Assembly (NCBI GenBank): GCA_937965695.1
Contig: CALCKW010000006.1
Span: forward strand, 37,717-101,716
DNA: 64,000 nucleotides
Reading direction: 5' to 3'
From: an uncultured Granulosicoccaceae bacterium
GTDB taxonomy: Bacteria > Pseudomonadota > Gammaproteobacteria > CALCKW01
In this document: piece by piece, positions 1-9,661 of the stretch
Position numbering within the stretch: position 1 is the stretch's first letter
How the letters are laid out: every line of letters starts with the position of its first letter
Made by a program: the position numbers and the translations under genes
The notes under the pieces: model-generated
Told to the model about the DNA's origin: nothing
Databases searched by the model: none
The model's input: only the letters and a program-made list of their open reading frames with translations

Positions 1-60
1 TCCCAGCAATGAACATCAAGGCCTGCTTTTGCCTTTGTTTACGGTTTTTGGAGAGTCGGT

Positions 61-564
61 ATGAAACTAGTCATCGCGTTTACGCTGCTGGGCCTCAGTG
101 CTCAGATAGGTGATCTACAAGCGAGAGAGCCTGCAAACTTTTTTAAACCTTGGGGCTCCTTACAGGGGCACAATCAGGCAACAGTTCCAAGTACACCCGA
201 TAAGTATCATCAGCAGCCACCACACAAACAATCGCACCACAACATTGACTGGCGACACGCATCTTTGCATCGAGCCGATGAGAAAATCCATCGCTTAGAA
301 CGTCAGAAAGAAAATGTCATTCGTATACTTAAGCGAGCACGCAAGCTACACGCTAGCAGCCATCAAATTCGGAAGATAAAACGCAATTTACATCGCGTAA
401 ATAAGCAGCTGCACCAAGCGAGACGCGATTATCGGTATTTGCTGTACGCACACTCGGGCACTCGCCGCCCTCAACACTGGCAATCAACAGGCTTATATCA
501 CACGCATCGACATGCCGATAGACCGACGCAAAGAAGCAGACTGACTAAGGCCCAATACAAATAA
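61..564 (+). CDS. Hypothetical secreted protein, very basic and His-rich, with an N-terminal signal peptide
   Basis: 167-aa ORF. N-terminus MKLVIAFTLLGLSAQIGDLQA looks like a Sec signal peptide. The remainder is rich in H/R/K/Q and I recognise no catalytic motif. I do not recognise a family. Confidence 0.4.
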   Translation: MKLVIAFTLLGLSAQIGDLQAREPANFFKPWGSLQGHNQATVPSTPDKYHQQPPHKQSHHNIDWRHASLHRADEKIHRLERQKENVIRILKRARKLHASSHQIRKIKRNLHRVNKQLHQARRDYRYLLYAHSGTRRPQHWQSTGLYHTHRHADRPTQRSRLTKAQYK

Positions 565-595
565 CCTCACGCTTTTACAGTCAGGTCATCGCAAC

Positions 596-1240
596 TTAAT
601 CAACTAAAAATACGTGCATTCGGCGCGGGCCATGCGCTCCTATTTCAATCACTTGCTCCACGTCGCCGGTACGACTGGGGCCAGTGTTGATATGTACCGC
701 TCTGGAGATTCCGCCAGGCTGATCCCGCATAACTTGCCAGGCATCCTCTAGATGGGATACCACCTGAGCACGACACAGAACGACCATGTGGTTGTCGGGC
801 ATAAAGCGGAGAGTTGCGGGTGAAGAGGCACTCGCAGACAACATAATCGAACCCGTCTCTGCGATAGCACAAATGCAAGCCGTTACACTACTGAGGTCTT
901 CCGAACGAGCTGCACCTGCGTGGACCTCTAAAGCTTCTGGCCAGTCTACGTGTTGTAACTCTGGTGCGATGCTTATGTTGGCGGGTAGCTGATGCTCTCG
1001 CAAATATTCTGCAACCGCCTCTCCGAGCTCTGCTTCACTGCCGAGTTCAGTCACTGTCATTTGCACTCGCGCCATTTGTTTTTTCAACTGGCCGACTAGA
1101 TCACCACCAACCTGCGGCCTGGCGTGTTGGCGATGTGCTGCTTCGCGTGATTGCAAGGCGGCGACTTGTTGTTCGGCAAGTGGCTCATCGCGGCCAAGTG
1201 AACGACGGATATTGCCAATTATCTGATCGCGCCCACTCAT
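596..1240 (-). CDS. lutC: Lactate utilization protein C (LutC/YkgG family, DUF162)
   Basis: Last gene of a three-gene minus-strand operon following LutA-like and LutB-like ORFs. I chose the start at 1240 (MSGRDQIIGNIRRSL), which forms an ATGA overlap with the upstream gene's stop. The ORF track extends it to 1324. Confidence 0.65.
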   Translation of the reverse strand: MSGRDQIIGNIRRSLGRDEPLAEQQVAALQSREAAHRQHARPQVGGDLVGQLKKQMARVQMTVTELGSEAELGEAVAEYLREHQLPANISIAPELQHVDWPEALEVHAGAARSEDLSSVTACICAIAETGSIMLSASASSPATLRFMPDNHMVVLCRAQVVSHLEDAWQVMRDQPGGISRAVHINTGPSRTGDVEQVIEIGAHGPRRMHVFLVD

Positions 1241-2652
1241 GATTTTTTGCTCTTTTGTTGTTTGCGCCATTGCGCCATAAACGTGTCCCCTTGCGGGGCG
1301 GGAAGATCGCGCTGACTGGTCCAACTTCCAAGCCCCGGCAAAGTCTTGTAGACACCGCTCTTTCCGCCAAAGTAACTCATGACTTTAACAGCTGGCCGAG
1401 TCAAGGTTTGATAGATGCTTGGTTTCTTCGCCACCGCTGCCCAAGCAGCCAACGTGCCTCGCGCTACTTTACCGCCGAGCCCGCGCTGGAACTGAAGTCG
1501 ACGATGTTCTCGCAATAGATCAGGCAACGGTATGCTCATCGGGCAAACCTCAGCACAGCGTCCATTCATGGTGCAGGCATTGGGTAAGTCCATGGTTTGC
1601 TCCAAGCCGACCATATTGGGTGTTAGCACGGATCCCATTGGCCCTGGGTACACCCAACCATAAGCGTGTCCACCGACATTGCCGTAAACCGGGCAGTGAT
1701 TCATGCAGGCACCGCAGCGAATACATCTCAACATATCTCTAAAGGCATTGCCCAGCATCGTGCTTCGCCCATTATCGACAAGAACCACATGGTACTGCTC
1801 TGGTCCATCCAATTCGTCCGCCGCCTTGGGCCCACCGTAGAGGCTGGTATAGTTCGAAATATGTTGACCGGTTCCACTGCGCGCTAGCAGCCGGATCGTG
1901 GCTGCCGCGTCCTCGAGTGTTGGCACAATCTTGTCGATACTGGTGATCACTATCTGTACTTTTGGAACACTTGAGCAAAGATCACCATTGCCTTCGTTGG
2001 TGACAAGTACATGCTGCCCGCTTTCGGCTATAAACAAATTAGCGCCTGTGATGCCAATGTCAGCCGTCATAAATTTTTCGCGCAGCACGTGCCGTGCTTG
2101 AGTGACAAGACCAGGGCGGTCCTCTATCCGAGGACCTCCATGCGCCTTTTCAAATAAGTCAGAGACCTGCTCTTTCGTCTTATGTGCAGCCGGAGCTATG
2201 ATGTGGCTGGGCGGCTCTCCAGCCAGTTGAATAATGTACTCGCCCAAATCAGTTTCAACGGTCTGCACACCAGCCGCTTCAAGAGCGCTGTTCAAGGCAA
2301 CTTCTTCGCTGACCATCGACTTGCCCTTAACCACTAATTTGGCTTCAGCATTCGTGACTAGCTCAGTAATGATCCGGTTGGCATCTGCAGCAGTTGGCGC
2401 CCAGTGCACTTTGCCGCCGTTTGCCTCAACCGCCGCTTCGTATTGCAGCAAGTAGTAGTCAAGGTTTTCCAAAGTATGGTCTTTCATCACCTTGGCATCG
2501 CTACGGATCTGCTGCCACTCCGGTACCAAATCGATCGCCCTTGCGCGATTACCTTGAAAACCCGCTTTGCCTTGCTTTAATGCTTTCTGCAGGTTTGGTT
2601 CGTCCAGCGCGATAACTGAGCGCTGTTTAAATTCTAAGCTGCGAACATCCAT
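1237..2652 (-). CDS. lutB: Lactate utilization protein B (LutB/YkgF), iron-sulfur protein with two 4Fe-4S ferredoxin motifs
   Basis: 471 aa. It carries CIRCGACMNHCPVY and a second Cys cluster (CTMNGRCAEVCP) typical of YkgF/LutB. Its start overlaps the lutA stop. Confidence 0.8.
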   Translation of the reverse strand: MDVRSLEFKQRSVIALDEPNLQKALKQGKAGFQGNRARAIDLVPEWQQIRSDAKVMKDHTLENLDYYLLQYEAAVEANGGKVHWAPTAADANRIITELVTNAEAKLVVKGKSMVSEEVALNSALEAAGVQTVETDLGEYIIQLAGEPPSHIIAPAAHKTKEQVSDLFEKAHGGPRIEDRPGLVTQARHVLREKFMTADIGITGANLFIAESGQHVLVTNEGNGDLCSSVPKVQIVITSIDKIVPTLEDAAATIRLLARSGTGQHISNYTSLYGGPKAADELDGPEQYHVVLVDNGRSTMLGNAFRDMLRCIRCGACMNHCPVYGNVGGHAYGWVYPGPMGSVLTPNMVGLEQTMDLPNACTMNGRCAEVCPMSIPLPDLLREHRRLQFQRGLGGKVARGTLAAWAAVAKKPSIYQTLTRPAVKVMSYFGGKSGVYKTLPGLGSWTSQRDLPAPQGDTFMAQWRKQQKSKKS

Positions 2653-3434
2653 TACTCGATCTCCTCGCCAATGCCACGTTCAGCCATGCCCGCAAGCACC
2701 TCAGCCGTGTGGAAAACACGCAGATCAGTGCCTTCTCGTCGGGCGCGGCCCGATAAATTGAGCAGACAACCGAGGTCACCACCCAGTAAGACGTCAGCCC
2801 CCGTCGCTTTGGCATTTGACAATTTATCGCTACCAATACGCGCAGAGATTTCAGGGTATTTGACGCAGAATGTGCCACCGAAGCCACAACAAACTTCCGT
2901 GTCTTCCATCTCTACAACTTCAAGCCCAGCAACGCCTTGTAACAATGTGCGCGGTTGCTCTTTGACACCCATTTCCCGAAGGCTCGAACAACTGTCGTGG
3001 TAGGTCGCGTTTGCATTGAATTGCGCGTTGAGCGCTGTGGGCTGCAGGCCCCTGACATCCACTAGGAAGCTCATCAGCTCATGCACTTTGTCGGCGAAAG
3101 TCGCAGCCCGAGCCGCCCAGTCCGGATCATCAGCTAGCAATTTGGGGTAGTGACATTTGAGCGTGCCAGCACATGAACCACTGGGAGCAACAACATAGTC
3201 GTAGTCTTCTAGCGCAGCGATCGTCTGTCGGGCCAGCGCGGCTGCTGAGTCAAAATCACCGTTGTTAAAGGCTGGCTGGCCACAACATGTTTGAGTGGCA
3301 GGCACATCGACATCGCAACCAGCTAATTCCAACAATTTGATCGCGGCAAAGCCGACGCTGGGGCGTTGCAAATCGACGAGGCAGGTGACAAAAAGACCAA
3401 CTTGTGATTTGACGCCCGATGAATCTACACTCAT
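2652..3434 (-). CDS. lutA: Lactate utilization protein A (LutA/YkgE), Fe-S oxidoreductase with cysteine-rich CCG domains
   Basis: 260 aa. Two CCG-type motifs (TCCGQPAFNNGD and VCCGFGGTFCVKYP) are characteristic of the GlpC/YkgE/LutA family. It is the first gene of the operon. Confidence 0.8.
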   Translation of the reverse strand: MSVDSSGVKSQVGLFVTCLVDLQRPSVGFAAIKLLELAGCDVDVPATQTCCGQPAFNNGDFDSAAALARQTIAALEDYDYVVAPSGSCAGTLKCHYPKLLADDPDWAARAATFADKVHELMSFLVDVRGLQPTALNAQFNANATYHDSCSSLREMGVKEQPRTLLQGVAGLEVVEMEDTEVCCGFGGTFCVKYPEISARIGSDKLSNAKATGADVLLGGDLGCLLNLSGRARREGTDLRVFHTAEVLAGMAERGIGEEIE

Positions 3435-3497
3435 GCAGTTTTTCTCCCTTTGTTGCTGACATGCTAGCGCGCCCTTCAGTTAGCTCAAAGAAAAACA

Positions 3498-3516
3498 CAA
3501 TTGGTCAGACCAATTG
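3498..3516. promoter_or_regulatory. Perfect 19-bp palindrome CAATTGGTCAGACCAATTG in the lutA/regulator divergent intergenic region; candidate GntR/FadR-family operator
   Basis: Read directly from the sequence. It lies between the lutA start (3434) and the regulator start (3576). The core TGGTCAGACCA matches the t.GT-N-AC.a architecture of FadR-subfamily operators. Confidence 0.5.
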
Positions 3517-3575
3517 AATCAGTAGAAAAATCATGGTGCAATAACGAATGAGCCTTTAACGCATGGAAAGACCGG

Positions 3576-4262
3576 ATGCCGCAGCCCACCAATCTTCAGC
3601 AACTGGAAGAATTTATAGTCTCAGAGCGCTGGCCGCCGGGTAGAAAATTGCCCGCTGAGCGCACGTTGGCTGCTCAACTTAATTGCTCTAGAGCTGCGCT
3701 GCGAGAGTCGCTGCAATGCTTGCGAACTCGAGGGTTAGTCACCAGCAAGCGCGGCGCCCGTAGTGTTGTGGCAAGCGCTAGCTCCTCAACCCTACCCACC
3801 TTATTAAAGCAATCTCCTCAAAGTCGGCAAGATTTATTAGCGGTGCGATCTGCTCTGGATGCGCTGGCCGCTGAAGGTGCGGCCAAACAAGCCACAGGCA
3901 AGGAGCTTTCCGGCATTCGGCATTTGCACCGACGCTTTGCAGCTGCCGTTGCGCGCCAAGACCAGGCGGCGATGGCCAAATACGACACCGATCTGCATTT
4001 GGCGATTACCGGTGCCTCTCATAACAAGGTACTGCTTGAAATAGTGCGTCATTTACGCGAGACATTGAAAGCGAGTATTGCTATCTCCTCGGAGCGGCTT
4101 TTTGAACAAACCAATTTCGGCAGTGTAGTGGTCGAGCAGCACGGGGAGATAGTCGCTGCGATTGCCCGCCGGGACCCACAAGCGGCAAATGCCGCTGCAA
4201 AGCGGCACACAGCCGCAGTCTCTCATCGTCTTCTCGCTTTAAATGGCGAGACTGATAGCTAA
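3576..4262 (+). CDS. GntR-family transcriptional regulator (FadR/FCD subfamily), likely LutR/LldR-like regulator of the adjacent lut operon
   Basis: 228 aa. N-terminal winged HTH (RKLPAERTLAAQLNCSRAALRESLQCLRTRGLV) with a C-terminal helical FCD-like domain. Transcribed divergently from lutABC. Confidence 0.75.
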   Translation: MPQPTNLQQLEEFIVSERWPPGRKLPAERTLAAQLNCSRAALRESLQCLRTRGLVTSKRGARSVVASASSSTLPTLLKQSPQSRQDLLAVRSALDALAAEGAAKQATGKELSGIRHLHRRFAAAVARQDQAAMAKYDTDLHLAITGASHNKVLLEIVRHLRETLKASIAISSERLFEQTNFGSVVVEQHGEIVAAIARRDPQAANAAAKRHTAAVSHRLLALNGETDS

Positions 4263-4312
4263 AGCGAACGTCAGCACTCTGCAGTGCAGTCGCTTATCGC
4301 CGACAAAAGGGT

Positions 4313-4843
4313 ATGCGTATACTACTTTTGTTGTTTCTTTGGCTACCGTTATGCCCCTCTTTGGGAGCAGTAGAGCTCTTTGGCGTAAATCTAAGCAACG
4401 CGAACAAAGGTAGTTTGGGCCTTGCGGCACGCGCAGCTGGCGCCAAACTGCTCGACAGTGAAAGGCCAGAAGTGTTTGAAGCATTTGATAGCTCTGAAGT
4501 TTTATCGGAGAGCCAGCGGTTGTATCTGGGTTTTGATGCTCAGGATAACGGCTTTGCCTTTGCTGAATATCACATCAATTTGACGTCACACCGACAAATG
4601 CTGGCCAAGCTTAAACGCAAGTACGGCGAGCCGCTGAAAAAGAAAGGTAAATTCATCAGTGATCAGCTTTATAGATGGCAGCAAGACGGCATTTCTATTT
4701 CTTACCAGCGACAATTTGGCTGCCGTTGCAGCGCTCTCCGGTACGAACTGCCGGCTAAAGTCGAAATTATTCGCCAACAACACGCGCAGGTTCAAAAGCA
4801 GCGTCTAGAAGAAGATCTTGCAAAGCAACAAAACGCCTATTAA
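4313..4843 (+). CDS. Hypothetical secreted protein
   Basis: 176 aa. N-terminal signal peptide MRILLLLFLWLPLCPSLGA. No recognisable motifs. Confidence 0.4.
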   Translation: MRILLLLFLWLPLCPSLGAVELFGVNLSNANKGSLGLAARAAGAKLLDSERPEVFEAFDSSEVLSESQRLYLGFDAQDNGFAFAEYHINLTSHRQMLAKLKRKYGEPLKKKGKFISDQLYRWQQDGISISYQRQFGCRCSALRYELPAKVEIIRQQHAQVQKQRLEEDLAKQQNAY

Positions 4844-4884
4844 GTGCAGCATGTCAGGCTCCGCTTTAGCGCGCTGCTCCAACT

Positions 4885-5322
4885 TCAAGCCAAAAACGAT
4901 CCTTGCAGGCTAAAAATCAACTCCCGGTGATGGGGTTGATAGCGATGCTCCCACACATATATGCCTTGCCAAGTGCCGAGCATAAGCTTGCCGCTCATCA
5001 CAGGTACGCTCAAGGTAGTCTGCGTCAAAGCAGAGCGAATATGAGCAGCCATATCGTCTGGACCCTCATAGTCATGGCGATAACGGGCATCGCCATCTGG
5101 GGCAAGGGCAGCAAAAACCGTTTCAAGGTCGTGACGAACGTCTGGATCTGCATTCTCCGTGATTAGCAGCGAAGCACCTGTGTGTCTTATAAACACGTGA
5201 CACAAGCCCTCTACCAATCGCTGCTCTTGGATCAACTGCTGCGCAAACTCAGTAATTTCGGTAAAACCCCGACCATGGGTATTTATCGTTCTACTCTGTT
5301 GTACCACTCGGGCTACACTCAT
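4885..5322 (-). CDS. YjbQ/UPF0047-family protein (secondary thiamine-phosphate synthase-like)
   Basis: The C-terminal 140 aa (…HTGASLLITENADPDVRHD…HIRSALTQTTLSVPV…GTWQGIYVWEHR) match the YjbQ family. I trimmed the start to MSVARV at 5322; the 196-aa ORF-track version (to 5475) probably over-extends. Confidence 0.55.
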   Translation of the reverse strand: MSVARVVQQSRTINTHGRGFTEITEFAQQLIQEQRLVEGLCHVFIRHTGASLLITENADPDVRHDLETVFAALAPDGDARYRHDYEGPDDMAAHIRSALTQTTLSVPVMSGKLMLGTWQGIYVWEHRYQPHHRELIFSLQGSFLA

Positions 5323-5379
5323 GTTTTGATCCCGGCTATTCATGACGGGACACTCTGTTGCAACTGAGGAAGTTGGAAA

Positions 5380-6369
5380 ATGGGCACCTTCAGTGTTTTT
5401 GTCATTGTCATTTTGATTTTGGCAGCGATTGTCGTGATTGCGGCGGCCAAAGTGGTCCCGCAAGGTGAAGAGCATACCATCGAGCGATTGGGGCGGTTTA
5501 CCCGCACAATCAAACCAGGGTTAAGGCTTATTCTGCCATTTGTTGACCAAATTGGGCACAAGGTCAACATGATGGAAACCGTCTGTGATGTGCCCTCTCA
5601 GGAAGTGATCACCAAAGACAACGCCATGATCACCGTAGACGGTGTCGTCTACTTCCAAGTACTGGACGCCGCCAAGGCCTCTTACGAAATCAACGACCGA
5701 GTTGCCGCCATTATCAATCTCACTACCACTAACATACGAACAGTGATGGGTAGCATGGACTTAGATGATCTACTATCGAACCGAAATTTGATCAACGAGC
5801 GTCTTTTACGAGTCGTGGATCAGGCCACCCAACCTTGGGGAGTCAAAGTCACACGTATTGAAATTAAAGACATTAACCCGCCCAAGGAAATGGTTGACGC
5901 CATGGCTCGCCAGATGAAAGCAGAACGAGAAAAGCGCGCAAATATACTGGATGCGCAAGGCAGCAGAGAGGCAGCAATACTACGTGCAGAAGGTGAAAAA
6001 CAAGCAGCGATTTTACTTGCTGAAGGCCAACGTGAGGCATCTTTCAGGCAAGCAGAAGCTCGCGAGCGTGAGGCAGAAGCCGAAGCAAAGGCTACTCAAA
6101 TGGTGTCAGAAGCGATAAGTGGTGGCGATGTGCAAGCGCTCAACTATTTTGTGGCGCAAAAATACGTGGGCGCTCTAGAATCCGTGGCCAGCGCTGAAAA
6201 CGGAAAAGTCGTCTTCTTACCTCTTGAAGCCACCGGTTTACTGGGTGCCATAGGTGGGATCGGAGAACTGACCAAGGGAGCATTAACCGGTTTGAACCCA
6301 GCGGCACCTGCGCACGCTGGGACTTCAACCAAAGCCGCATCTATCAGCAAGACTGATTTAGAGGTTTAG
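5380..6369 (+). CDS. SPFH/band-7 (stomatin/prohibitin-like) membrane protein, QmcA/YbbK-like
   Basis: 329 aa. N-terminal TM helix followed by an SPFH domain, then a coiled-coil EA-rich region. Followed 3 bp later by an NfeD-family gene. Confidence 0.8.
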   Translation: MGTFSVFVIVILILAAIVVIAAAKVVPQGEEHTIERLGRFTRTIKPGLRLILPFVDQIGHKVNMMETVCDVPSQEVITKDNAMITVDGVVYFQVLDAAKASYEINDRVAAIINLTTTNIRTVMGSMDLDDLLSNRNLINERLLRVVDQATQPWGVKVTRIEIKDINPPKEMVDAMARQMKAEREKRANILDAQGSREAAILRAEGEKQAAILLAEGQREASFRQAEAREREAEAEAKATQMVSEAISGGDVQALNYFVAQKYVGALESVASAENGKVVFLPLEATGLLGAIGGIGELTKGALTGLNPAAPAHAGTSTKAASISKTDLEV

Positions 6370-6371
6370 TT

Positions 6372-6818
6372 ATGCTGGAAATGACGGAGATCACCTATTG
6401 GCACTGGCTAATTTTAGGCACTGTGCTGATGATCCTGGAAGTACTCAGCTTTACAGCGATTCTCATGTGGGCAGGTGCTGGGGCATTATTCACCGCTCTA
6501 CTCGTTTTTTTGCTCCCTGGAACGAGCTGGCAAATGCAAGTACTCAGTTTTTCGGTTTCAACCGTGTTTTTACTGGCTATAACGCGTTTTTGGATTCTGC
6601 GAAGAGATATCACTAGCGAGCAACCAACGCTTAACCGCCGCGGTGAAAGCCTGATTGGCCAAACCCATGCTCTCAAAGACGCGATCACATCAGGACAAGG
6701 CCATATTAATGTCCACGACACGATCTGGCAGCTACGCGGGCCTGATTTACCTGCAGGCACACTTATAAAGATAATAGCTATTGAAAACAACACTCTACGT
6801 GTTGAAATTGCAGACTAA
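6372..6818 (+). CDS. NfeD-family membrane protein (YbbJ-like), partner of the upstream SPFH protein
   Basis: 148 aa. N-terminal TM helices followed by a C-terminal OB-fold-like soluble part. This is the canonical stomatin operon partner. Confidence 0.7.
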   Translation: MLEMTEITYWHWLILGTVLMILEVLSFTAILMWAGAGALFTALLVFLLPGTSWQMQVLSFSVSTVFLLAITRFWILRRDITSEQPTLNRRGESLIGQTHALKDAITSGQGHINVHDTIWQLRGPDLPAGTLIKIIAIENNTLRVEIAD

Positions 6819-6825
6819 ATCTTGC

Positions 6826-7530
6826 TCAGTGCGCCGTTTTAGAGGCGATAATGCTGTCATCTAGGCGCTGGTCTCTGGTTAGCCCGGCCAAACGCTGTCG
6901 CGTGTTGTAGTCGAGCGCATCGGTGTCTAGATTACGCAATTTCTCGACATCAACCACGCCATGGCTAAAAGTCGCGAGGGCCTCAACAATTATTTGCATC
7001 GCGCTCAGACGATCCCGCCCATTGATCATCGCCTGCCGCAATAAGGTTTCTATCTGCACTCGATCTGCCGACTGCGGAGCTTCATAGTCACTTATCGACT
7101 GAGGCATCGAAGATATTTTCCTCACAAGACCGCTGACCATCAAGGCGATAGTGTCCTGTACCGCGGCCAGGTCGACGCGAAGCTGTTCAGCGTTCTCCCA
7201 GCGATTATTCGCCAATCCATCAAAAATGCCGCGAACTTCCGCGATTGTCCGCTTTGCTCCCTCTCCCAATTGCTGAATATTTTTATCTTGAGAACCCGTG
7301 AGAAGAGCCAATTCTTGTAATTCTTCAGCTGCTAGTTGCAGACCACGACCCACAGCTCCAGCTCTAGCAGCCTCAAGGGCCGTCAGTTGGGCAACTAAAG
7401 TTGTTCGAGCGGCCGCGGCTGCCACGTCTTCCCCCGCTGAAGTGCAAGGATCGAATTTGACAGCAAGTTCTTCAATTAATTGAGATAAACGCATGAAAGT
7501 TGGTGCAGCTCCGCGGTGATGGACGACCAC
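6826..7530 (-). CDS. Hypothetical Ala/Leu-rich, probably coiled-coil protein
   Basis: 234-aa ORF with no recognisable motif. The start is uncertain: MRLSQL at 7494 is an alternative, and there is no strong RBS at either candidate. Confidence 0.35.
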   Translation of the reverse strand: MVVHHRGAAPTFMRLSQLIEELAVKFDPCTSAGEDVAAAAARTTLVAQLTALEAARAGAVGRGLQLAAEELQELALLTGSQDKNIQQLGEGAKRTIAEVRGIFDGLANNRWENAEQLRVDLAAVQDTIALMVSGLVRKISSMPQSISDYEAPQSADRVQIETLLRQAMINGRDRLSAMQIIVEALATFSHGVVDVEKLRNLDTDALDYNTRQRLAGLTRDQRLDDSIIASKTAH

Positions 7531-7654
7531 CTTAGATCAAACACGCACGACTTCTCGGCGATCCAAACAAGGCTTAACCTTGGTAGCGACCCAACAAACC
7601 GCTTGCTTTAGTCTGTCGACATCGAGAGTACTAAAACGACAAGACGCGTACAGG

Positions 7655-8119
7655 TCAGCGCTTGCGACGAGCTTTAAAAAAGGCTTGCAGTACTTCTCGG
7701 CAATCCGGTTCGAGAATCCCGCCAATAGCATTAACTTGATGGTTATGGGCGGAGGAATCCAATAGTTTTAGCTGGCTCGTTACAGCACCTGAACGGAACT
7801 CACTTGCACCGTAGACAAGCGTGTCTATTCGCGCATGAACCATCGCGCCCACGCACATTGTACAAGGCTCAAGTGTTACATAGAGTTGACAACCGACCAA
7901 ACGATAGTTCCCGAGCTGTATTGCGGCGTCACGCATGGCCTGTATTTCTGCGTGAGCGGTCGGATCACACTTCCCAATAGGTTGATTGAAGCCTCTGCCA
8001 ACTATTTTATCGCCAAGTACAACTACAGCCCCAACCGGAACCTCATCCACTGCTTGTGCGTCTCTCGCGAGTGCTAAGGCCTCGTTCATCCAGTCATCGT
8101 GCGTCATATAATTACTCAT
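7655..8119 (-). CDS. tadA: tRNA-specific adenosine deaminase TadA
   Basis: 154 aa with the CDA-fold zinc motifs HAEIQAMR and LYVTLEPCTMCVGAM. Confidence 0.85.
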   Translation of the reverse strand: MSNYMTHDDWMNEALALARDAQAVDEVPVGAVVVLGDKIVGRGFNQPIGKCDPTAHAEIQAMRDAAIQLGNYRLVGCQLYVTLEPCTMCVGAMVHARIDTLVYGASEFRSGAVTSQLKLLDSSAHNHQVNAIGGILEPDCREVLQAFFKARRKR

Positions 8120-8540
8120 ATGGATCAGGAATAAAAAAAAAAGTTAATTGTCATTGTTACTTTTTCATCGTGATTCGATTGTTCGTTGTTTCTTTCCTGC
8201 GTCATCTGCTCTACGACATTATGACACTGTGATGCATGTCTCATTCAATCATAACTTTATTTTTCATAAGCTTATGGAAGCTATCAACAAATAATTTGAA
8301 AAACCTATTCAAGATGTTTGATAGTCCGAAGAATGCTAAATCGATGTCAACACTTTTTTCATTAATTAATCCCCTACTTTCGTAACCAGATCTCTATTGC
8401 GACTGCGCTAACAAACTCGCACAATCGAGTTCACGGTGTGATGCATTCGGGAAGCACATCACATTTTGTTGTCAAAACTCGCTTTAGAGTGTGCTCTACA
8501 TTGACCCTCTATCTAAGCCGCGCGAGAAACAACGTACTAG

Positions 8541-9605
8541 TTGGTTAATTTGAATATTTGTAAGAAGAGGTCAGTTGCAGTGAAAACTATTTTGGTAACA
8601 GGTGGCGCGGGATTCTTAGGCTCACATCTATGTGATGAGCTGCTCAGCCACGGCCACAGAGTTTTGTGCCTTGATAACTTGAGTACAGGAAGTCTCAAGA
8701 ACATAGAACACAACCTTGGTGACGACGACTTTCAATTTTTGAATCATGACATTGTCGATCCGATAAAATTGCCACCAAGCTTTCAAGATCTGGATCAAAT
8801 TTATAATTTGGCTTGCCCGGCAAGCCCCGTTCACTATCAGAGTGACCCAATCAAAACGACGAAGACCTGTGTACACGGGGCAATAAATGTACTGGATCTT
8901 GGTCTCGAGACTGGAGCGGTCGTTTTTCAAGCCTCTACCAGTGAAGTCTACGGCGATCCGGCGCAACACCCGCAGCCAGAGTCCTACTGGGGCAATGTGA
9001 ACACGATTGGCCCTCGTTCTTGTTACGACGAAGGAAAACGTACTGCTGAGTCACTGTTCTTTGACTACCACCGATTCCACGGTGTGCCCATAAAGGTTGT
9101 GCGTATTTTCAACACTTATGGCCCGCGCATGGCCCATGATGATGGAAGAGTTGTTTCAAATTTCATCGTGCAAGCGCTTAAAAATAAAGATATTACACTG
9201 TACGGAAACGGTAGTCAGACTCGTTCTTTTTGTTATGTCGACGACCTCATCAGTGGCTTCATAGCCATGATGGATACACCTGAGACTGTCATTGGCCCAG
9301 TCAACTTGGGTAATCCAGGCGAATTCAATATGAACGAGCTGGCAACAGCTGTCATCGAATTGACTGGTAGTGACTCTGAATTACTCTACTGTGAACTGCC
9401 CAAAGATGACCCAAAAATGCGCAAGCCTGATATCACCAAAGCGACTAACTTGCTGGGCTGGCAGCCAAAAATCAAGTTGCAAATTGGTTTAGCAAAAGCC
9501 ATCGAGCACTTTAGAAAAGAGCTTGGCCTAGACGGTCTGGAAGATCAGCCCGAAGAGTATGCCAAGCAAGTGGATAACGTAATGGATATCGCGAATGCAA
9601 ACTGA
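8541..9605 (+). CDS. UDP-glucuronate decarboxylase (UDP-xylose synthase, UXS/ArnA-C-terminal-like SDR)
   Basis: [34 protein letters not shown] is the hallmark N-terminus of UXS-type NAD-dependent epimerase/dehydratases. The true start may be the GTG near 8580. First gene of the polysaccharide locus. Confidence 0.75.
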   Translation: MVNLNICKKRSVAVKTILVTGGAGFLGSHLCDELLSHGHRVLCLDNLSTGSLKNIEHNLGDDDFQFLNHDIVDPIKLPPSFQDLDQIYNLACPASPVHYQSDPIKTTKTCVHGAINVLDLGLETGAVVFQASTSEVYGDPAQHPQPESYWGNVNTIGPRSCYDEGKRTAESLFFDYHRFHGVPIKVVRIFNTYGPRMAHDDGRVVSNFIVQALKNKDITLYGNGSQTRSFCYVDDLISGFIAMMDTPETVIGPVNLGNPGEFNMNELATAVIELTGSDSELLYCELPKDDPKMRKPDITKATNLLGWQPKIKLQIGLAKAIEHFRKELGLDGLEDQPEEYAKQVDNVMDIANAN

Positions 9606-9661
9606 CCACTCAAAACAGTCCTTCCACGTCAATATGCCCTTTTTAGCAAGCTAATTTAAGT

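Noticed and set aside
4239-4484. 81-aa minus-strand ORF
   Set aside because: Overlaps the end of the GntR regulator and the start of the secreted-protein gene. No support.
7537-7731. 64-aa ORF on the minus strand
   Set aside because: Overlaps the 3' end of tadA on the same strand in another frame, with no RBS or motif. Likely spurious.
8120-8540. Searched the AT-rich polysaccharide-locus leader for JUMPstart/ops (GGCGGTAG) and for the A10 tract's significance
   Set aside because: No ops element found. The A10 run (8133-8142) is just upstream of the tadA start and may simply be part of an AT-rich promoter region.
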